Positions 9,888-18,545 of a stretch of 64,000 nucleotides of DNA are shown here, piece after piece. Source of the DNA: Cyanobacteriota bacterium (GTDB taxonomy: Bacteria; Cyanobacteriota; Cyanobacteriia; Cyanobacteriales; Nostocaceae); the NCBI GenBank assembly GCA_046045965.1, contig JBJOKS010000006.1, forward strand, positions 64,001 to 128,000, in the 5' to 3' direction. The first letter of the stretch is position 1. Each line of letters starts with the position of its first letter. A program made the translations under genes and the position numbers. A model generated the notes under the pieces. It saw only the letters and a list, made by a program, of their open reading frames with translations. It searched no databases and had not been told where the DNA came from.

Positions 9888-10343
9888 ATGGTGCGTCAAC
9901 GCTCTATTTTGTCACTGATTCTCGTACTACTGACTACATTCCTGATCAGCTGTGGCAGTCCTAGTGTCGCTACTGCACCTCCAACTTACACACCGGCTCA
10001 AGTGGTGAAAATTCAGGCATATATTCCTGATATTCAGGTGGTGCGCGATCGCTCACAAGAACTGAAAACGCTGATTCAACGCGGTGAATGGATCAATGTT
10101 GGTAATTTTATTCATGGACCAATGGCGGAAGCTAGGCTCAATATGACTTACGTCATCCCTAACCTACTACCCCAAGATCAATCTAAAGCCAGACAGATTA
10201 ACAAGGATTTATTGGCTCATCTGGTGAAAATTGACCAAGCTGCTAGTGCAGGTAACACCAGTCTGGCGTTAAGCAACTACAAAGAAGTTTTTGCAGATGT
10301 TGACAAGTTCCTACAACTGATTCCAGAACAAGGTGAAAGTTGA
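9888..10343 (+). CDS. psbQ: Photosystem II extrinsic lipoprotein PsbQ (CyanoQ)
   Basis: Lipobox LISC, PPTYT and W..V.NFIHGP motifs. Confidence 0.92.
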   Translation: MVRQRSILSLILVLLTTFLISCGSPSVATAPPTYTPAQVVKIQAYIPDIQVVRDRSQELKTLIQRGEWINVGNFIHGPMAEARLNMTYVIPNLLPQDQSKARQINKDLLAHLVKIDQAASAGNTSLALSNYKEVFADVDKFLQLIPEQGES

Positions 10344-10364
10344 CAGGTGACAGGGAAGGGAACA

Positions 10365-10448
10365 GCGAGCAAGGGTGCAGGGAGCAGGGAGCAGGGAGCA
10401 GGGGAGAAGATTTGCCCCAGTACCCAGTACCCAGTCCCTAGTCCCCTC
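10365..10448. repeat. Short tandem heptamer repeats (GCAGGGA, CCCAGTA/CCCAGTC)
   Basis: Visible tandem 7-mers typical of Nostocales STRR elements. Confidence 0.8.
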
Positions 10449-10547
10449 ATTCTACTCTGAGTCATGAGTCACAAAACGTTAGGGTAATGGGGTGATAGGG
10501 TGAAGGGGAAACTCTTTACTCTTCACCCCTCACTGTTCACAAAAGTC

Positions 10548-11696
10548 ATGAATGTAGTAATTATCGGTTGTGGTGTAGTTGGGGCGGCGATCGCATATCA
10601 ACTCAGTCAAGTTAAAGGTTTAAATATCACTGTTTTTGACAAAAACCAACCCGCACAAGGTTCTACTGCTGCTGCTCTCGGTGTTTTGATGGGCGTAATT
10701 AGCCATAAAACTAAGGGCAAAGCTTGGAAGATGCGGGAAGAAAGTATTAAACGTTATGAAACTCTAATTCCTGAATTGGAAGCTATTACAGGGCGCAAAA
10801 TCCCTTGTAACCGTCAGGGCATTGTTATGCTATTGTCGGAAGACCCAGCACACCCTTTAGCCAGTGGTGTGGAAGTGATGACAGAATGGGAACAATTGCG
10901 GGAAGTTCGTAAATCTCAAGGTTGGCAATTAGCTGTTTGGGACAAAGAAAAACTTCAGAAATTCTGTCCACAAATTAATAATCCTACTGTTATTGGTGCT
11001 GTTTATTCTCCTCAAGACCGTCAACTTAACCCTACGGCTTTAACTTTAGCTTTAGTAGATGCAGCTCAACGCAATGGGGTAAAATTTAAATTTGGTGTGG
11101 CTGTACGCAATCACCAAGCACCATCTTCGGAAATAGTACAGATAACACCTCATGTTACTGAACAACTTAAATCTATTGAAACTTCAGAAGGTCCGGTGAG
11201 CGCAGATTGGTTTATTGTTGCTGCTGGTTTGGGTTCAACTTTACTGACTAGACAATTAAATCAAAAGGTGAATATTCGCCCGGTTTTAGGACAGGCTTTA
11301 TATTTAAGTTTAGGACGGGTTTTAGGAACTTCTGAGTTTCAACCGGTGATTACTGGTAATGATGTCCATCTCGTTCCTATGGGTAGTGGTGACTATTGGG
11401 TGGGTGCTACGGTAGAATTTCCCAATGATGCAGATGAGATACTTGCAAAGAAAGAATTATTAGAATCTGTGAAACAACAAGCGATCGCATTTTGTCCAGA
11501 TTTAGCTGAGGCGAAAATTCTCCGTACTTGGTCTGGTTTGCGTCCCCGTCCTGAAGGTAGACCAGCACCTGTGATTGATAAATTACCAGGTTTTAGTAAT
11601 GTTGTTTTAGCCACTGGTCACTATCGCAATGGTGTTTTACTCGCACCTGCTACAGCTTTAGCCGTACGGGATATGATTATTCCTCAAGGTTATTAA
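10548..11696 (+). CDS. FAD-dependent oxidoreductase (glycine oxidase/DAO family)
   Basis: GCGVVG Rossmann motif, STAAALG, WSGLRP and ATGHYRNGVLLAP. Start set at MNVVIIG. Confidence 0.88.
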   Translation: MNVVIIGCGVVGAAIAYQLSQVKGLNITVFDKNQPAQGSTAAALGVLMGVISHKTKGKAWKMREESIKRYETLIPELEAITGRKIPCNRQGIVMLLSEDPAHPLASGVEVMTEWEQLREVRKSQGWQLAVWDKEKLQKFCPQINNPTVIGAVYSPQDRQLNPTALTLALVDAAQRNGVKFKFGVAVRNHQAPSSEIVQITPHVTEQLKSIETSEGPVSADWFIVAAGLGSTLLTRQLNQKVNIRPVLGQALYLSLGRVLGTSEFQPVITGNDVHLVPMGSGDYWVGATVEFPNDADEILAKKELLESVKQQAIAFCPDLAEAKILRTWSGLRPRPEGRPAPVIDKLPGFSNVVLATGHYRNGVLLAPATALAVRDMIIPQGY

Positions 11697-11740
11697 TATT
11701 AGTTGACAGGTGACAGGATTAATTAATCATATCTTGATTT

Positions 11741-11783
11741 AATCCTGTAAATCCTATAATCCTGGATATCCTGATTCAGACAA
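11741..11783. repeat. Dispersed AATCCT-type repeat; reverse-complement copy at about 62379-62418
   Basis: AATCCTGTAAATCCTATAATCCTGGATATCCTGATTCAGAC versus GTCTGATTCAGGATATCCAGGATTTAAGGATGTACAGGAT. Confidence 0.75.
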
Positions 11784-11996
11784 AAATATTTAATTATCTT
11801 GTTTAATTATTTTATCATAGTTCTTCCTTGTCGAAATCAATGATATCAGGTTTTGGGATGCAAGTCAATAGATTAATCTCTGCAAATGCGAGATTTTTTT
11901 GTAAAAATTCTCTTCCCTATTTATAGGATGATAAAAGAGAATACAGTATTTAGGCATCTGTGCGGTGCTGTTGCATTTTCAGGATAGGAAAATAGA

Positions 11997-12848
11997 GTGG
12001 CAATACAAGAACATAAAATCACAGTAAATTCATTAGAATGGTTTTATCGGGAAGCGGAACCCATTGGACAAAGTGACTTATTACCAGTGGTATTACTACA
12101 CGGTATAGTTTCCCAAAGTTATAGCTGGAGAAACATTATACCAGCTTTAGCGGCACAAGGAACAAGAGCGATCGCACCAGACTGGATTGGATACGGCTTT
12201 TCTGGTAAACCTGAAAAACAGGATTTTGCTTACACTCCCGACGCATTTATCAAAGCTTTAGATGAATTTATTCAAACAATAGAATTAGAACGTTTTTCCT
12301 TAGTTGTGCAAGGTTTTTTAGGATCAGTTGGTTTACAATATGCCTTACGTCATCCTGAAAAAATAGCCAACATAGCAATTTTAAATACTCCCATTTCCAC
12401 AGATGCCAAACTACCTTGGAAAATTCAACAAATGGGTTTACCATTAGCAGGTGAAGTCATGACCCAAGACCCATTATTAGTGGATAGAACCCTAGAAGGT
12501 GGTAGTTGTTACCGCATCGAAGATAAAGATTTAGATATTTATCGCAAACCGTACTTAAAAAGTTCTGCATCTGGTCGCAGTTTGCTGTCAACAATTAGAA
12601 ATTTGCAACTAGACAAAGCCATGACAGAAATAGCAACTGGTTTTAAAGAATGGCAAAAACCGATTTTATTACAATGGGGAATGATCGATCCTTGGTTATC
12701 TGTAGATATTGCCGAAAGTTTTTTGAAATCTGTACGTGATGTGGAAATAATCAAACTCAATAATGTGGGACATTATCCCCAAGAACATTATCATGAAGTG
12801 ATTTTACAAGACCTGTTACCCTTTGTGCGTCGTTCTCAGTCGAATTAG
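11997..12848 (+). CDS. Alpha/beta fold hydrolase
   Basis: VVLLHG, APDWIGYGFSGKP and GHYPQE motifs. Confidence 0.88.
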   Translation: MAIQEHKITVNSLEWFYREAEPIGQSDLLPVVLLHGIVSQSYSWRNIIPALAAQGTRAIAPDWIGYGFSGKPEKQDFAYTPDAFIKALDEFIQTIELERFSLVVQGFLGSVGLQYALRHPEKIANIAILNTPISTDAKLPWKIQQMGLPLAGEVMTQDPLLVDRTLEGGSCYRIEDKDLDIYRKPYLKSSASGRSLLSTIRNLQLDKAMTEIATGFKEWQKPILLQWGMIDPWLSVDIAESFLKSVRDVEIIKLNNVGHYPQEHYHEVILQDLLPFVRRSQSN

Positions 12849-12852
12849 CTAG

Positions 12853-12903
12853 TGTAGAGACGTTTCATGTAGCGGAAGCTTCCCCAAGAGTAACGTCTCT
12901 ACA
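12853..12903. repeat. GTAG-type REP-like palindrome carrying a 21-nt insert
   Basis: TGTAGAGACG...CGTCTCTACA arms, with GCGGAAGCTTCCCCAAGAGTA (12872-12892) interrupting the centre. Confidence 0.65.
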
Positions 12904-13027
12904 TTTTTGAGAAAGTAATTATTGTTATACTTCTTAATATAATTTGTATCCTTGTCAACAATTGCCGTAACCTGATAATGAAAGTAAATGCAATCATCTG
13001 TAAATTGATTAAGGTAGGTTAGGATTC

Positions 13028-13621
13028 ATGGCTTATTCATGGTTTAAAGCCTTTCACATTATCGGCTTTGTCGTTTGGTTTGCAGGGTTATTCTACCTAG
13101 TGCGTTTGTTTATCTACCATGTAGAAGCTAACCAAGAACCAGAACCCGCAAAAACGATACTGAAAAACCAGTATCAAATTATGGAAAAGCGTCTCTACCA
13201 CATTATCACCATCCCCGGAATGATAGTCACAGTAGCGATGGCTATTGGTATTATTTCCACCAACCCAGACTTGTTAAAAGAAACCTGGTTACATTTTAAA
13301 TTAGGGTTTGTGGGTATTTTGCTGATCTATCATCATTATTGTGGTAGGTTGATGAAAAAGTTAGCCGCAGATGAATGTAAATGGAGTGGACAACAATTAA
13401 GGGCTTTAAATGAAGCACCAACTTTGTTATTAGTTGTGATTGTGATGTTGGCTATTTTCAAGAATAATCTACCCACAGATATCACCGCTTGGCTAATTTT
13501 TGGTTTAGTGATTTTCATGGCTGTGAGTATTCAGATGTACGCCAAAATCCGCAGACGCAATAAAGAAAAGATGATGGCAGAAATGAATCAAGTTAATCAA
13601 ATTCCCCAAGCACAAAGTTAG
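13028..13621 (+). CDS. hemJ: Protoporphyrinogen oxidase HemJ
   Basis: WFKAFHIIGFVVWFAGLFYLVRLFIYH, MEKRLY and RALNEAPT. Confidence 0.95.
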   Translation: MAYSWFKAFHIIGFVVWFAGLFYLVRLFIYHVEANQEPEPAKTILKNQYQIMEKRLYHIITIPGMIVTVAMAIGIISTNPDLLKETWLHFKLGFVGILLIYHHYCGRLMKKLAADECKWSGQQLRALNEAPTLLLVVIVMLAIFKNNLPTDITAWLIFGLVIFMAVSIQMYAKIRRRNKEKMMAEMNQVNQIPQAQS

Positions 13622-13666
13622 ATTTTCAGGTGGGTTTTGCCCACCCTCAAATGATAATTGATTTAA

Positions 13667-13752
13667 TAAAGCCCCCTCTTGAACGATTAATCACAAGAGA
13701 GGGTTTGGAGCTAAAGTCCGGTAGGGTAATCGGGCTATTTAATATTTAATAA
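13667..13752 (-). ncRNA. Candidate sRNA A of a tandem paralogous pair
   Basis: Minus strand reads ATTAAATATT..CCGATTACC..GACTTTAGCTCC, then the hairpin CCCTCTCTTG/CAAGAGGGGG and TTT. Confidence 0.4.
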
Positions 13753-13837
13753 TTATTAGTTAATTATCAAGTCCTCCTGAAGATAGATCAATTTTCCTGA
13801 AAAATCATTTGTTGGTATAATTAAATCAAAAACTGAT

Positions 13838-13914
13838 AAAAAAAGCCCCCGCTGTCAGATATCAACGGGGAGCATAAAGTATTAAAGTTCGTCAGGTGAT
13901 CGGAATATTTAATT
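13838..13914 (-). ncRNA. Candidate sRNA B of a tandem paralogous pair
   Basis: Minus strand reads ATTAAATATTCCGATCACC..AACTTTA..GCTCCCCGTTG/CAGCGGGGGC followed by T7. Confidence 0.4.
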
Positions 13915-14107
13915 ATTTAGTATTTATTGCTTGTATCTTTATTCCTCCATTAGAGAGAGAAATATTGATAAATCAGTTTAAAATCGTATATTAAAACACT
14001 AAAGGTTAATTTTGCAGATATATATAATATAGCAAAATGCAAGAGTCAGCAAGGGGTTAGCAATGCTAAACCCTGACAGGAGTTAAGAGTACAACCCGCT
14101 TGATAAC

Positions 14108-14243
14108 CAATACTTTTCGGTTAAGCCCAAAAAATATAATGATGTAGGTTGGGTTGACGATAGGAAACCCAACATTTACAAGGGTTTGTTGGGTTTCACT
14201 TTGTTCAACCCAACCTACGAAAACTCTTAACCGAACAGTATTG
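14108..14243. mobile_element. 136-bp MITE with 18-bp TIRs and 10-bp target-site duplication (Nezha-like dimensions)
   Basis: TIRs CAATACTTTTCGGTTAAG and CTTAACCGAACAGTATTG (17/18 match). Direct repeat GCTTGATAAC at 14098-14107 and 14244-14253. Internal palindrome GTAGGTTGGGTTGA...TCAACCCAACCTAC. Confidence 0.9.
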
Positions 14244-14282
14244 GCTTGATAACTATCTCGATTTTGAGAAACGTAATAGTTA

Positions 14283-14702
14283 CTAAATTTGAAAATCCTC
14301 TTTTAAAGACTGTCTAAGCTGTTCAATTTGGCTATATGGAAAAGCATCTATTTTTAATTGTCTTTCTATTATGTAGAGACTTCCCAGTAGTATAGTGCTG
14401 ATCATCGCTAAAATATAGGTTGTCCCGACAAAACTATTGATGACCTTGAATTTTGAATTTTTTAATCGCTGTAGTGAACGTTTTTCTTTACCCATTAATA
14501 ATACTAGATAAAATCTGCGTTTAAAAAAGGGAATAGAAACCCTCATATCTACAGCAGATGAATTATTATTTTGTTGTTCAAATACCTTTTTTAACTCTGC
14601 TATTTGAGCATCAGTAAAAGTTGCAGAAATTTCAGCAGGAATACGAGCTAAAAGTCTTTGGATAGCAGGATCATTCTGATTTGAAAAATGTTGTTCTGGC
14701 AT
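14283..14702 (-). CDS. Small membrane protein of unknown function
   Basis: IPAEISATFTDAQI..VDMRVSIPF..FYLVLLMGKEKRS, paralogous to the N-terminal half of the upstream gene. Confidence 0.8.
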   Translation of the reverse strand: MPEQHFSNQNDPAIQRLLARIPAEISATFTDAQIAELKKVFEQQNNNSSAVDMRVSIPFFKRRFYLVLLMGKEKRSLQRLKNSKFKVINSFVGTTYILAMISTILLGSLYIIERQLKIDAFPYSQIEQLRQSLKEDFQI

Positions 14703-14751
14703 TGTACTTTTCTGCTTATTTGTAATGTTTTTTTCTTGATATCAATGTGTC

Positions 14752-15249
14752 TTAAAAAGAAAGACTATGTTGATTATCCCAGCATTTATTATCCTTCCAG
14801 GTTCTATCAAATCGTTCACAGTCTTCTTGATTTTCTACTCCAGGTATTGAGGTAGGAAAAGCCAAGTTCAGGTGAGTAGGAAGTAGAGATTTTACTAAAA
14901 ATAGTGTGGAAATACTACCAGTGACGATCATCAAAGCAAATATAAATAAAATAGAAATATTACCAGGAGTCCAAAAAGGATATAAGCTCTTTTCGTATTT
15001 CCACCTTTGTTTTGAGCGACGTTCTTCACCTGCCAATAACACCACATAAAAAGGTAGTATAGGAATTAAAATAGATATTCGTTTGTCTATAAAATGCTCG
15101 TGCCACTCACGTCCTTGAAACCCATTTTTTATAGCTGCAATTTGCTCATTTGTAAACGTTTCTGCTATTTCTGGGGAAATTTGATAGAAGAGTTCTTCAA
15201 AACTACTGGGATTAACTTTCTGGTTTTCTTGGTGTTCTGCTATTTTCAT
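14752..15249 (-). CDS. Small membrane protein with a C-terminal two-Cys motif
   Basis: ISPEIAETFTNEQI..IDKRISI..FYVVLLAGEERRS, TM helix, PTSIPGV...CE....W....CWD.QH. Start set at MKIAE. Confidence 0.8.
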   Translation of the reverse strand: MKIAEHQENQKVNPSSFEELFYQISPEIAETFTNEQIAAIKNGFQGREWHEHFIDKRISILIPILPFYVVLLAGEERRSKQRWKYEKSLYPFWTPGNISILFIFALMIVTGSISTLFLVKSLLPTHLNLAFPTSIPGVENQEDCERFDRTWKDNKCWDNQHSLSF

Positions 15250-15737
15250 ACTGGCGATAAATAGATATATTATTAAATGCAATTTATTAATCAAGTTATT
15301 TAAAACTAACACGATTTTTCTGTTAGCGTTACAGCAATTTTACAAGAAAATTTTTTAGTATATGTACTTAAATAATTCTCCAATGATTCCCTGGAAACTA
15401 CTTAATTTTTAGCATACTCATTTTTCTTCTTAGACGATTTGACCACAAGATAGCCAAATAAACAATACCGAAGTTCTGAGGCTGAACCCTTTCCTTTAAC
15501 CAAGTATGGCGGGAATAAAAGAATTTATTTGGTAGGATATAGGAACCCAGCACCCAATATTTGTCAGATGCCAATAGTGTTCGGATTCGCTGTACAGTAT
15601 TACTAGAGGTTTACACTTAAGTAATATTTTTAAAGTTTAGTGGTTTTACGTTCCCAATTTTATGACGAACCATATTCAACCATCCCGACCTAATCAATGG
15701 TAAATTGACAGTAATTTCTTGCCCCCGTTTCTAAAAT

Positions 15738-16292
15738 ATGTTACTAATTCCCATCAACTTAGAAACACCAAGGTTACTGCTGCGTAACTTTGAAGATAGG
15801 CATATAAACGCTTTTACTGCTTATCGCAATGATCCTGAAGTTGCTAAATATCAAAGTTGGGAAATTCCTTACCCAGCAACAACAGCTAGAGAATTTATAG
15901 AATATCTGCAACAGACAAAACCGGGGACTTTGGGGGAATGGTATCAGATAGCGATCGCACTCAAAACCACAGATGAAATAATTGGAGATTGTGCTTTTTG
16001 CATCTTAGCTGAAGATGGACAACAAGCGGAAATTGGTTTTACTTTGTCACGTCAACATCAAGGAAAAGGTTATGCAACGGAAGCTGTAAGCTGTTTATTG
16101 GCATATTTATTTACAGAGTATAAATTGCATCGTATCCGGGCAAATTGCGACTCGGAAAATATCGCATCTGTTCAACTCCTGGAACGTTTGGGGATGCGAC
16201 GGGAAGGACATTTTATTAAGAGTTTGTGGTTTAAGGGTGAGTGGGTTGATGAGTTGTGGTTTGCTGTTTTGCGTGAGGAGTGGGAAAGGTAA
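15738..16292 (+). CDS. GNAT acetyltransferase, RimJ/RimL type
   Basis: LETPRLLLR, AEIGF, HQGKGYATEA and N.AS..LLERLGMRREG. Confidence 0.92.
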   Translation: MLLIPINLETPRLLLRNFEDRHINAFTAYRNDPEVAKYQSWEIPYPATTAREFIEYLQQTKPGTLGEWYQIAIALKTTDEIIGDCAFCILAEDGQQAEIGFTLSRQHQGKGYATEAVSCLLAYLFTEYKLHRIRANCDSENIASVQLLERLGMRREGHFIKSLWFKGEWVDELWFAVLREEWER

Positions 16293-16343
16293 AGTAGTTG
16301 CAAAAAGTGATATCATTAATTGGTTGCATTAAATGGTTATGTT

Positions 16344-16598
16344 ATGGAACGAGAAGCTTTAACAGTCCGTTTTCCCTCGGAACTACTAGCAAAAGCTAGG
16401 AAGATCAAAGAAAATAGCGAATCTTTTAATGATTTAATAGTTGAAGCTTTAGAACGTGAGGTCAGACGAAGAAGGGGATGGGCTGCACATCAAAGAATTA
16501 TTGCCAGGAGTGAAACCGTTAAAGCAAGAACTGGTACACAAGCAACTTCTACCGATATAATACGCAGTCTCAGAGAGGGTGAGGGAAGACGTGACTAG
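16344..16598 (+). CDS. Ribbon-helix-helix antitoxin
   Basis: MEREALTVRFPSELL..SFNDLIVEALERE, overlapping the downstream PIN gene. Confidence 0.8.
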   Translation: MEREALTVRFPSELLAKARKIKENSESFNDLIVEALEREVRRRRGWAAHQRIIARSETVKARTGTQATSTDIIRSLREGEGRRD

Positions 16599-17028
16599 AA
16601 TTTTGTGCATAGATACCAGTATTTGGATACCTTACCTTGTTCCAGAAGTGTATCAACCTCAAGCCAGAACCCTACTAACAGAAGCATTAAGTTTAAATAT
16701 ACGTTTAGTAGCTCCTGCTTTTGCTTGGGCAGAAATTGGATCTGTTTTACGGAAGAAAACACGAATGGGAGTCATAACAAAAGAGGAAGCACAAGATTTT
16801 TTTGAGGACTTCTGTGAATTGCCGATAGATTATATTGAAGATGAAGTAATCAGGGTAAAAAGTTGGGAAATTGCCGAAAAATACGGTTTATCTACCCTTT
16901 ATGATGCAGCTTTTCTGGCTTGTTCTGAGATGACATCTGCTGAGTTTTGGACTGCTGATGCTGCATTGGTGAAACAACTTACACCTAAACCTATTTATTT
17001 GCGAGAAATAGAAGAGATAGTCAATTAA
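16591..17028 (+). CDS. VapC-family PIN toxin
   Basis: LCIDTS, E in WAEIGS, LYDAAFLA and FWTAD. Confidence 0.88.
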   Translation: MTRILCIDTSIWIPYLVPEVYQPQARTLLTEALSLNIRLVAPAFAWAEIGSVLRKKTRMGVITKEEAQDFFEDFCELPIDYIEDEVIRVKSWEIAEKYGLSTLYDAAFLACSEMTSAEFWTADAALVKQLTPKPIYLREIEEIVN

Positions 17029-17063
17029 AATTATGCCTATTTTGTAATTCGTGAATCTTTATT

Positions 17064-18063
17064 ATGCAAGAAATAACCGCCAATTATGATGAATCCTGGA
17101 AAGAAGCATTAACAGAGTATTTTGAAAGCTTCTTAACATTCTTTTTCCCGTAAGTTCATCAATTAATTGATTGGACAAAACCACCCCGTTCCCTAGATAA
17201 AGAATTACAGGAAATTACAGCTTCATCAGAGACAGAAAAACGAATTGCTGATCAACTTTATCAAGTTTGGTTGCTTGACAAACGAGAAGTTTGGATATTA
17301 ATTCATGTAGAAATTCAAAGTCAATATGAAGTAGATTTTGGTGAACGGATGTATATTTATAATTACCGTTCCTTTGATCTGTATCACAAACCTGTAGTTA
17401 GTCTCGCTGTTCTCGGTGATGAAAGGAATAATTGGCGACAAGCGTGCTTATGGTTATTCCCTTGGAGGGTGTGAAGTTAGTCTGAAATTTCCCATTGCTA
17501 AACTTTTAGACTATGAATCTCGCTGGCAAGAATTAGAAGCTAGTGATAATCCATTTGCTATCATAGTAATGGCACATTTAAAAACTAAAGCAACCACTGG
17601 TAATTTATCAGAACGGGAACAATGGAAATGGATATTAATTCGCGGACTTTATGATAGAGGTTTAACAAAAGAACAAATTGTTAAGCTATTTAAAATCATT
17701 GACAAAATGATGACATTACCTGAGCAATTACAGCGAAAGTTAGTGAATCAAATTAATAGTTTTGAGGAGGAAAGAAAAATGCCTTTTATCAGTCCTACAG
17801 AAGAAATGGCAATAGAACGCGGTAAGGAGATTGGGAAAGAAATTGGTAAGGAGATTGGTAAAGAACTTGGTGCTTTACAAAAGGCTCGTGATAATGTCAA
17901 AACTGTTTTGCAAACTCGACTGGGTGAGGTTTCTTTAGAGATTATTGTATCTTTAGCTCAAATTTCTAATCTATCTATTTTGGATGAAATGTTGAAGTTG
18001 GCAGTAACAGTTAATTCCTTTGATGATTTTAAACAGGCTTTGGAAGTAGTAACATCTAAATAA
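17064..18063 (+). pseudogene. Rpn-like/DUF4351-type PD-(D/E)XK protein pseudogene
   Basis: MQEITANYDESWKEAL...FFFP* (TAA at 17151-17153), then ILIHVEIQSQ, and a frameshift near 17440 into YGYSLGGC... C-terminal GKEI repeats are intact. Confidence 0.85.
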
Positions 18064-18182
18064 TTCACAATGAATGGAATTTGCTAATAATAAATTCAGT
18101 TTTTTAAACCCACCTTTTACTTAGTTGTGAAATTGGTGGGTTTTGTCTATTGTTGCGTGTTTATAAATTGTTGCTTCATCAA

Positions 18183-18350
18183 TCATGGTGATTCTACTTG
18201 TTGAGATTTTTTATTTTGTGCGATCGCTCTCTTGACAATAACCTTAGCTAGTTGAGGAACACTGAGAAACTCTCTAGCAGCCCAATCTTCTAAGTATTTA
18301 TATTCGTCTTCTTCTATACGAATTGTCATTTGCGGTTTTTTGGAAGGCAT
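18183..18350 (-). CDS. 55-aa ribbon-helix-helix (CopG-like) protein, missing from the ORF track
   Basis: MPSKKPQMTIRIEEDEYKYLEDWAAREFLSVPQLAKVIVKRAIAQNKKSQQVESP*, a beta-strand plus two helices pattern, divergent from the XRE-IrrE gene. Confidence 0.75.
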   Translation of the reverse strand: MPSKKPQMTIRIEEDEYKYLEDWAAREFLSVPQLAKVIVKRAIAQNKKSQQVESP

Positions 18351-18386
18351 ATCTCACCATGATTCACTACTCCTAAATTATCGTTC

Positions 18387-18445
18387 TTATTAGTCTGATT
18401 GACTAATAATGAATTAAAGTAGTTACAGGTGAGTCACTTGTAACT
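18387..18445. promoter_or_regulatory. Two palindromic operator candidates in the divergent RHH/XRE promoter region
   Basis: TTATTAGTC-N5-GACTAATAA (18387-18409) and AGTTACAGGTGAGTCACTTGTAACT (18421-18445). Confidence 0.6.
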
Positions 18446-18545
18446 ATAATATTAACAGGTGATTTATTTGTCAAGCATCTAAAATTCTGACATTTTAACT
18501 AAAATAATAGTATTAATATCTAACATTGTCATAAATCAAACCATC

